45,956 nucleotides of DNA, from contig NC_068990.1 in the NCBI RefSeq assembly GCF_001194135.2, forward strand, positions 17,191,486 through 17,237,441. Reading direction: 5' to 3'. The notes beneath the pieces were generated by a model. That model was given only the letters and a program-made list of their open reading frames with translations, was not told the origin of the DNA and ran no database searches. This document shows, one piece after another, positions 38,101 to 45,956 of this stretch (positions are counted from its first letter, which is position 1; each line of letters starts with the position of its first letter). Source of the DNA: Octopus bimaculoides. Its lineage: Eukaryota. The translations under genes were made by a program, and so were the position numbers.

Positions 38101-39359
38101 CCCATTTATTACTGTATTTCTATATAATGTAATTAGTCAGACTGGTATTCTTGTTCTAGCCTTCTTTAGGAGTTTTGTGGTTCACCTTAGTGCCTTGCCT
38201 GGGATTGAACTCAGAAACTCTAGGTGACTGCACTTAATCAGTGCCTTAACAGAATTGTATTACACTGTCTTTGTTTTGATTAAGTTTCAAAATAATGAAG
38301 AATTTAGCATTAACATGAAATTATGACAGAATAATTCAGATCACTTTAGAACTAGAAGTTTATATTATAGATCCACTGCATCTGAGGCAGGTTGGTATGG
38401 ATGATGAGGAGGAGGAGAAAACCTTGGTATCTAAGCAACAACATTGCAAGTTTTCCATTCACCTTGAGCCAACTTTTGGAAGTTCAAATAGTCTTATAGC
38501 CTATGTGAGGTACAATAGGCCAAGACATTAAGGAAAAATATTTGTTTGATAAATTTCAAATTAATGAGAAAGGTGAAACAATATTTTCAGTATTTGGAGG
38601 ATTATTTCAAGAAATATAATGTTTCCCCTCTGGAATATTCAACAACGGCTACCAACGATGTACCAACAATGGCTGGCTATTAAAAAGAATCTGCTGTCAT
38701 ACGAAACATTAGCAATCTATGTACCATTAATGTATTACACAGCCACCATTATGCATTGAAGAAACCGATAGGTAAACAGCATGAAATTCATGTGTGCATC
38801 AAGTCAATCAACCAAATTAAAGCACATACTCTCAATTCATGACTGTTAGCAACACTACAAGGGGGAGCAGAAAAGTTCCTGGCTTTGGGTAAAAGAAAAA
38901 ACAGGAGGATCAGTTAATTATGATTTTATTCAACATATTCCCCTCTCAGATTCACACACTTATTGCAGCGGTCCTTCAGTTATTCTATGCTCTGCAAAAG
39001 AAATCATAAGGTTGGGCCTCCAGCCAAGCCTTTCATCTTTAAAGCCAGGAACTTTCATCACTCCCTTGGATATGAAAAGTTATTAAACTTTTATATTGAT
39101 ATGTGGAGGTAAGATTGTTGTCAAGATGATGGCTTGCAAAGGCTTGAAGGTGTTTGTTGAATCCACAGAGGAGTCTCATGGCAATGAAGAACCATCAGTA
39201 TCTGACAAATTGAAAATACATAAAAAGTATCTATTTGTATTTGTTAGAACGATATTCAAAATTTAATGATGTCTAAAAATAGTTGCAAGAGGTTTTTCTG
39301 GCTACTCAAACCTGAACCAAATAATACCTTAATAAGCTCCCAGGTCAAAATAGGTTTAT

Positions 39360-39558
39360 TTAATCCTTTAGCATTCAGATTACTCTGTCAAATTGTTTTG
39401 AATTTATCTTGCATTAACTCATAGCCTTGAAATTTCAATGATTTGACTGTTGAGTTTTAGAAAGACATTGTAGGGTAGGTGTGAGAGGCCAGATCTGGCC
39501 AGTTTGAACATAAAATAGGGAGGATAATTTTTGGCCAGTTTAAATGCTAAAGGGTTAA
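39360..39558. mobile_element. piggyBac-type MITE (second family)
   Basis: TTAA-TCCTTTAGCATT...AATGCTAAAGGG-TTAA. The same right end occurs near 16745-16760. Confidence 0.8.
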
Positions 39559-39779
39559 ATTTTCTACATCATGTGGACATTCCAAGTATTTTCAAGAAGA
39601 AGCAGGAAATACTTCAGGTTTTGACCCAAATATAAACATAAACACCTTGAAGAATTAAGAGAATTGAAAGCACACCTGAAAGATACAAGAGAAAATGCAC
39701 ATACCTGGCTGGATTGTGGCATTGTTTGGTGTGCAAAATAAAGAATGCAGACACTGAGTGTGACATCATGAATTCTTTG

Positions 39780-39814
<35 letters not shown>

Positions 39815-40366
39815 TCTCTCTCTCTCTTTGAAGCTAAGTCTTTGTTCAAAATTAAAAACCCTCATTGATTATTGGAACAATGTACATAATTTTACTGAAT
39901 ATTTAGTGCATAGCAGTCATTCAGAAGTGAGTATGACCAGGTAGCATGTATTGAGTTTACATTTAGGTAGGTACCTATGTATTTATGAGCAAACACAGGC
40001 ACCCTTTCAGCCATTCCATCCTCAATCCAGTGGAACATTGAAGATGTGAGAGTGGGAGAGAAAACTGCAGCAACACCACTGAGGTTACATAAGTACAAAA
40101 CAGAGAGGATTATTGTGTAAGAGAAGATAGATTAATGCTTGGAAGTGGCACTGTACATGTTACATATTTTATTTTTTTTACTAAAGTGCAAGAAGTGTAG
40201 GCATGGTTGGGTGGTTAAGAAGTTTGCTTCCCAACCACATAGGTTGGAGTTCAGTCCCACTGCGTGGCACCTTGGTTCTTTACCAAGGCGCCACGCAGTG
40301 GGACTGAACTCCAAATGTAGCCGTAGACTGAGCCTAGCCTCATGAGTGGATTTGGTAAACAGAAAC

Positions 40367-40422
<56 letters not shown>

Positions 40423-42654
40423 CATCATCATCGTTTAATGTCTGCTTTCCATGATGGCATGGGTTGGACGGTTTGACTGAGGACTGGCAAGCCAGGAGAC
40501 TGCACCAGGCCCCAATTTGATCTGGCAAGGTTTCTACAGCTGGATGCCCTTCCTAATGCCAACTACTATGAAAGTGTAGTGGGTGCTTTTTACGTGCCAT
40601 TAGCACAGGGGCCAGTCAGACAACACTGGCATCGACCACACTCAAATGGCGCTTTTTACGTGCCCAGTCAGGTGGCACTCGATATGTATGTATGTATGTG
40701 TGTGAATGTGTATGTGTGAATGTGTGTGTGTGTGTGTGAAAGAGTGTATGATTGTTTGTTTGATTTGACATACATCATACATCACATGATAGTTGTAAAT
40801 GAGTGTCACTGTCATATAAGTGGTATCACTGATTCCAGTCTTCCATGTAAAAGCTTGATATTAGTGGCAAGGTTAGGAATGGCAACAGGATGGACATCTA
40901 GGCTGTAGAAAATCTACCACAATGAATTCAGCCTCACACATGCAAGCATGGAAAAGTGGATGCTAATCATGGGGATGATGATGATGACGTTGATGATGAT
41001 GACGATGATGATGATGATACACTGAATTGTTGAGGGATCAAGGATTTCATAAATGGGTCAAGGGTGAAACAAAAAGAATATATAAGCCATTCATGTTTAC
41101 ACTGATCCTATTTTATTAAGTGAAATCTGGAAAGAGGTGTTGGAAACTTGACTCAGTGGGGAGGTATTGCCAATATGAATCTGAAAATCCCACTCAAATA
41201 TTTAAGTACAATAAAAACAACTGAATATTTTTACTGATTTTTAACTATATATTTCATATTTATTAGCTTGAATTTCAATTATTAGTTTGCAGTTATAATT
41301 TTAGTTTAAAAACAAATTTGTTTTTCAGTTTAATTCCACACACCACTACAATTTTAATTTATGAAAATGATCTTGGTTTGTAAATCATTTGAAATTTAAA
41401 ACTGAAACAAAAACTATTTCATGTTTAGTACATAAACTTCAATATATCAGTATGTTGTGAGGTTGTTGAGAGCACTGGTATTACAAATGAATCCCTGGCT
41501 ATTTGTTCCTTTGCTTGTTTGATTTACGTCCATTTTCCAGTGCTGGCATGGGTTAGACAACTATATTAGTGAAGCATTGTTTTACAGCCAAATGGCCGTC
41601 CAGTCATTAACCATTACCTGTGTTTTTTTAAGTAAAAGATCTTTTATTTCACAGTTTCAAAAGTGAGAAGAGGTTTTTTTTGGTAGAACGACAACCACAA
41701 CAACATTGCACATAGCCACCTATTTTCATAGAGTGCAAATGTCAACAAACACACTGGTTCAGTCCCACTGCACAGTACCTTGGGCAAATATCTCCTATTA
41801 CAGCCCTGTGCCAACCAATGTCATATAAGAGAATTTGGTAGATGGGAACTGTGTTGAAGCCCATCATACATACATCTACATGTGCATGTGTATGTTTGTA
41901 TTTTTACCCCTCACTGCTTGAAAACCAGAAATGGTTTGTTTACATCCCTGTAGCTAAGTAGTTCAGCCAAAAAGATCAATAGAAATAAGTACCAGACATG
42001 AAAATAAATCCTAGGATCAATTTGTTTGACTAAACCCTTCAAGACAGTGCCCCAGCATGGCCACAATCCAATGACTGAAACAAATAAAAGGTAATCCTAC
42101 GATTAAAGCCATGGTAATCCATCCATTTTTTTCCCTAAATATAGTCTATCAAGGACTACATTTTACAATAAGTCCTTCCTCTTTTATGATTATGACTTGA
42201 GAGAGATTAGGCTGCTATTTTTAGTAAGTTGAACAACCACATAGAAGCTTCCTTGTTTGTTTAAAATTAGTAGAATTAATTTAGTCTGGTACCCTGCTGA
42301 TTCTACCAACATTACACATTGTCTGACCAAATAACAAATTAGAAGGTGATTTCACACAATAAGACATGGCTGTGTGGTTAAAAAGCTTGCTTCTCAACCA
42401 CATGGCTTCAGGTTCATTTCTACAGCATGGTACCTTGGGCAAGTGTCTACTATATAGCCCCAGGTCAACCAAAGTCTTGTGAGCAGATTTAGTGGATGGA
42501 AACTGAAAGAAGCCTGTAACAGGCGCAGGAGTGGCTGTGTGGTAAGTAGCTTGCTTACCAACCACATGGTTCCTGCATGTGTCTTCTACTAGAGCCTCGG
42601 GCCGACCAAAGCCTTGTGAGTGGTAGACGGAAACTGAAATAAGTCTCTCGTATC

Positions 42655-42685
<31 letters not shown>

Positions 42686-43230
42686 GTATGTATATATTTG
42701 TGTGTGTGTGTCTGCATTTGTGCCCCCACCATCACATGACAACCGATGTTGGTGCATTTACATCCCTGTCACTTAGCGGTTCAGCAACAGAGACTGATAG
42801 AATAAGTACTAGGCTTACAAAGTTCTGGGGTCGATTTGTTCAACTGCAGCCAAATGACTGAAACAGGTAAAAGAATAAAAGAACATGCACGTGTGTGAGA
42901 GAGAGGGAAAGAGAGAGGAAGAGAGAGAGTGTGAGGGGGGTGCCTCCTTGTCTTGGCTTCATGTAATAGTTGTAAATGAATATCCTGATCATACAAGCAG
43001 TGTCCTTCATTTCCAATCTTCTGTAAAAACATGCCCAGCCATGGGGAAATACTACCTTTCTTAGAAATAGGTGAAAGTTGGCAACAGAATGGGCATCTGG
43101 CCATAGAAAATCTGCCTTTACAAATTCTACCAGACCCATGCAAGCATGGAAAAGTGGACATTAAAATGATAATGATGATGGTTGTAGTGATGATGATGAT
43201 GATGATGATAAAACAAGAAACACCACATAC

Positions 43231-43325
43231 CATTTCTAGAGAATCCATCAGCATCATTAAATAGTCCCTGCAATCTGGAGACTTCTTATCAATTCCCATT
43301 GCTTTTTGAAAGGCATAGAGCTGAC
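43231..43325 (-). CDS. VTA1: VTA1 coding exon (equivalent to exon 2), 95 nt: (C)QLYAFQKAMGIDKKSPDCRDYLMMLMDSLEM
   Basis: Acceptor ttttatcacag|GT and donor ATG|gtatgt; phase 1 in, phase 0 out. Resembles human CRLYAMQTGMKIDSKTPECRKFLSKLMDQLEA. Confidence 0.93.
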
Positions 43326-43677
43326 CTGTGATAAAAAAAAAAATTTTTAATACAAAAATACGAGGCACAATCATATTGCTGAAAGGAGGGTCTTCAGTTT
43401 CACTTAAGCTGCAGAACTCCAAAGAATGTGAAAAGAGTATCATTATATGAACTACGTTGAACGTCTCAATGAGGAAGGAGTTAAGTGTAAAAAAGATCAA
43501 CCGTGAATTGAAACCACATCTCACAAATAAAGATTCTGAAAAGAGTTCTCTACCACTCGGCAGTGGCAAACATTTCTTGAAAATTTTCACTAAAATATTG
43601 GTTTGCATCATGCAATCAATACTGCAGTCCCACTAGAAGGGACCAGTTATTAAAGTTGACAAGCAATATTACTGAAA

Positions 43678-44400
43678 GTGCAGTTAAGGATATGAAGGCA
43701 AGGAAAGCAGCTGAATTACCAGAAGTAGTCCCTGAAGATAACCAATCAAAGAGAGGCTGTGAGAAGAACCCACATTGTCTATTAGGTAGTATAGGAAGGT
43801 GAATTGTTTTAACAGTATCAACATAAACTACAAGGGCAAAAGAGATGCTCTACGGCAGTGTTTCTCAACCATTTTTTTGCATACTGATCCTTTTGGCTCC
43901 AATTTTATTCAGTGGGACCTCCCTAGCCATTCAATGTTTAAAAAATCTTATTACATTTTTATATAATTAAAATATCATTAGGAATTGTATTTAAAAAATT
44001 AAAATATTTTGTATGCTACAGAAGTATACCCAATTTATAGCAGATAAATTTTAACAGCAAAATCTTTTATGAACCCCCAAGGACCATGTGGACCCTGGTT
44101 GAGAAGCCCTGCTCTAAACAGTAACAACTACAGAGGCATCAAACTGATGGACTAAGGTACAAATGTAACAGAAAGACTTAGAGTACAACATATCAGGAAG
44201 AGAAGATACACTTCAGGTTTGTGCTAAAATGAGATATTTCCTAGTGAGAAACTACGGGAAAATTTCTAAGCTAAAGGTAAACCACTATACCTAGCATTTG
44301 TCCATCAGGAGCAGGTTTTTGACAGGGTACCATGGTCTGTAATCTGGAGGTCAAAAAGAAAACTAGGTGTAGATGAATGGCTTGTACAGAGATGCCATCA
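43678..44400 (+). mobile_element. RTE-clade LINE reverse transcriptase relic, split by a hAT MITE
   Basis: AVKDMKARKAA...YKGKRDAL|NSNNYRGIKLMD...KGKPLYLAFVHQEQVFDRVPWSVIWRSKRKLGVDEWLV. These are RT motifs (YKGKGD, NYRGI.L, FVD.EKAFDRV) in decayed form. Confidence 0.85.
43856..44111. mobile_element. hAT MITE
   Basis: TIRs CAGTGTTTCTCAACC...GGTTGAGAAGCCCTG. Decayed 8-bp TSD ctctacgg/ctctaaac; interior related to the element at 16845-17166. Confidence 0.8.
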
Positions 44401-45199
44401 ATGAGATTAGCAATAAGTTTCATCATCACCAAGGTAATTTAGTACACAAGCAGGGCTCAGTTGTCATATTTTTTGTTATAGTTCACCAAGTCATAACAAA
44501 GTGATTAAAGACCACCTGCCCATGGGAACTCCTGTGCACTGATAACCTTGTTTTCCCAGCTGAATCTACAAAAGATGTAGAGAAGAAATTCCAAATGAGC
44601 TGGCAGAATCATTAGCATGTCAGACAAAATGCTTAGCAACATCTCTTCCAGCTCTTTACTTTCTAAGTTCAAATAATGCCAGGGTTAACCTCGTCTTTCA
44701 TCTTTTGATGCTGATAAAATAAAGTACCTCTCAAGTACAAGGAGTTGATGTTATCAACTTACTCCCTCTCTTCCAAATTGCGGCCTTATACCAAAAACAG
44801 AAAGAATATCTTTACTGTTTGCTATATCTGATCATTAAGGTGGTGAGCTGACAGAACCAGTAGCATGCTGGAAAAAATGCTTAGCAGTATTTCACCCATG
44901 TCTTTAGGTTCTGAGTTCAAATTCCACCAAGGTCGACTTTGCTTTCATCCTTTCAGGGTCAATAAAATAAGAACCAGTTGAGCACTGGGATCAATGTAAT
45001 TGACTTAGACGCAGGTGTGGTTGTATGGTAAAAAGCTTGCTTCCCAACCACATGGTTCCAGGTTCAGTCCCACTGCGTGGCACTTTGGGCAAGTGTCTTC
45101 TACTATACCCTCAGGTCGACCAAAGCCTTGTGAGTGGATTGGGTAGACGGAAACTGAAAGAAGCCCGTCGTATATATGTATATGTATATATATATATAT

Positions 45200-45940
45200 A
45201 ATTTGATTTGGTTTTCTCAAATGAGAAAAACTTCGACCATGATAAAGAAGTTAACAGAAGAAATGACAGATGGTTATGTGCAGACCTTTCTGAAGTTCCA
45301 AGTGTTATGCATACAAAATTTGCTGCAACTGTCATGGTTTTAGAGGTTGTCAGCAATGAAGGACATGTGATGCCACCTTACTTCTTTCCACAAGGCCTTA
45401 GAGTTAACTCTGCCACCTACATTGAGGTCCTGGAAACAATTGTTAAGCCCTGGATAGACAGTGTATGCAAAGGAAGGCCATATGTGTTTCAGGAAGACTC
45501 TGCACGATCACACATAGCTCTAATAACACAGGAATGGATGACTGAAAATTTTCATGATCACATAACCCCTAACATTTGGTCTCCTAATTCCCCAGATCTC
45601 AATCCATTGGACTATTACATGTGGAGCATTGTTGACAGAGAGGCCAATGAACATGCCCATAACTCACGAAAGATTCTTTGAAAGCTGCCATAGTCAGAGT
45701 AATGCCCAAAATGAACCAGGACCACTTGATTTGAGTATGTAGATGATTTAGATTTCATATTGAAGCAGTTGTTGGAGCTGAAGGTGGCTTTAAGGTTTAT
45801 TTTTATCCTCATACCATTTTTTGATAAATAAAGTTATTTACATTTGACGGATATAGAACTGAATAAAGTTATTATCTGTTATTATATATCTGTTTTTTTA
45901 TAAACATAAATCTGTCCTCAAATATCTTACACACCCTGTA
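45200..45940 (+). mobile_element. maT (DD37D) transposon, catalytic half plus right TIR
   Basis: 157-aa ORF FSNEKNF...VMVLEVVSNEG...YVFQEDSA..H...WSPNSPDLNPLDYYMW with 37 residues between the second and third D. The first D reads as N. Right end ACACCCTG|TA. Confidence 0.92.
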
Positions 45941-45956
45941 TATGTATATATATATA

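Larger units (their letters stand above)
36833..39340 (+). mobile_element. Fragmented hAT (Buster/Charlie-type) transposase relic interrupted by younger insertions
   Basis: Collinear pieces: MKKNRQYLQEYVKFEFVP (36848), ECLKFGFIS..KDHL..VAIGEEII..AMPLNAN (37540-37870), KFSIHLEPTFGSSNSLIAYVRY..KGETIFS..ATNDVPTMAG..IKSINQIKAHTLNS (38400-38855), VEVRLLSR..YSKFNDV (39070-39290). Confidence 0.75.
22017..43325 (-). other. VTA1: VTA1 homolog gene span (partial; exon 1 outside the window, one internal exon not visible)
   Basis: Five minus-strand exons with canonical AG/GT sites. They translate into the N-terminal MIT region (LYAFQKAMGIDKKSPDCRDYL; FYTAGLLFDVLSVFGE; KYAKWKAAYIHKCLKNGETP) and the C-terminal VSL motif (AMKLCKFASSALQYEDSKTAIENLQKAL), collinear with human VTA1 as I recall it. 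Confidence 0.95.

Noticed and set aside
39970-40085. Exon-like minus-strand segment within the VTA1 intron lacking an exon
   Set aside because: No frame resembles the missing VTA1 peptide and the donor (gtacct) is weak. Similar candidates near 28540-28660, 32710-32770 and 39700 were also rejected.
42781-43611. 276-aa minus-strand ORF
   Set aside because: Only 43231-43325 is VTA1-like and bounded by splice sites; the rest is intron, SINE and (GAT)n read-through.
1-45956. CRISPR array, rRNA or prokaryote-type system
   Set aside because: No constant-repeat/unique-spacer array, rRNA-like sequence or operon-like ORF density; the sequence is spliced eukaryotic DNA.

Overview
AT-rich, microsatellite- and transposon-dense animal DNA with about ten N gaps. 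The repeat families suggest a coleoid cephalopod, probably Octopus (inference from recognition, no search run). The only host gene I can support is VTA1 (ESCRT/VPS4 cofactor) on the minus strand. Five coding exons are visible, at 43231-43325, 27226-27301, 25950-26052, 23886-24164 and 22017-22168 (stop). Exon 1 appears to lie beyond the right edge, and an exon required by reading frame between 43231 and 27301 is not visible. The rest is SINEs, RTE and Tx1-like LINE relics, Tc1 (DD34E), maT (DD37D), mariner and hAT transposase relics, MITEs and simple repeats. The most unusual signal is a cluster of minimal type I hammerhead ribozyme motifs in a (TA)n-bounded segment of about 1 kb (5580-6640). 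Two of these motifs form the arms of a 77-bp inverted repeat, which suggests a non-autonomous Penelope-like or retrozyme-like element. Several fold-back structures lie in VTA1 introns close to exons. Most repeat boundaries are approximate and read by eye.
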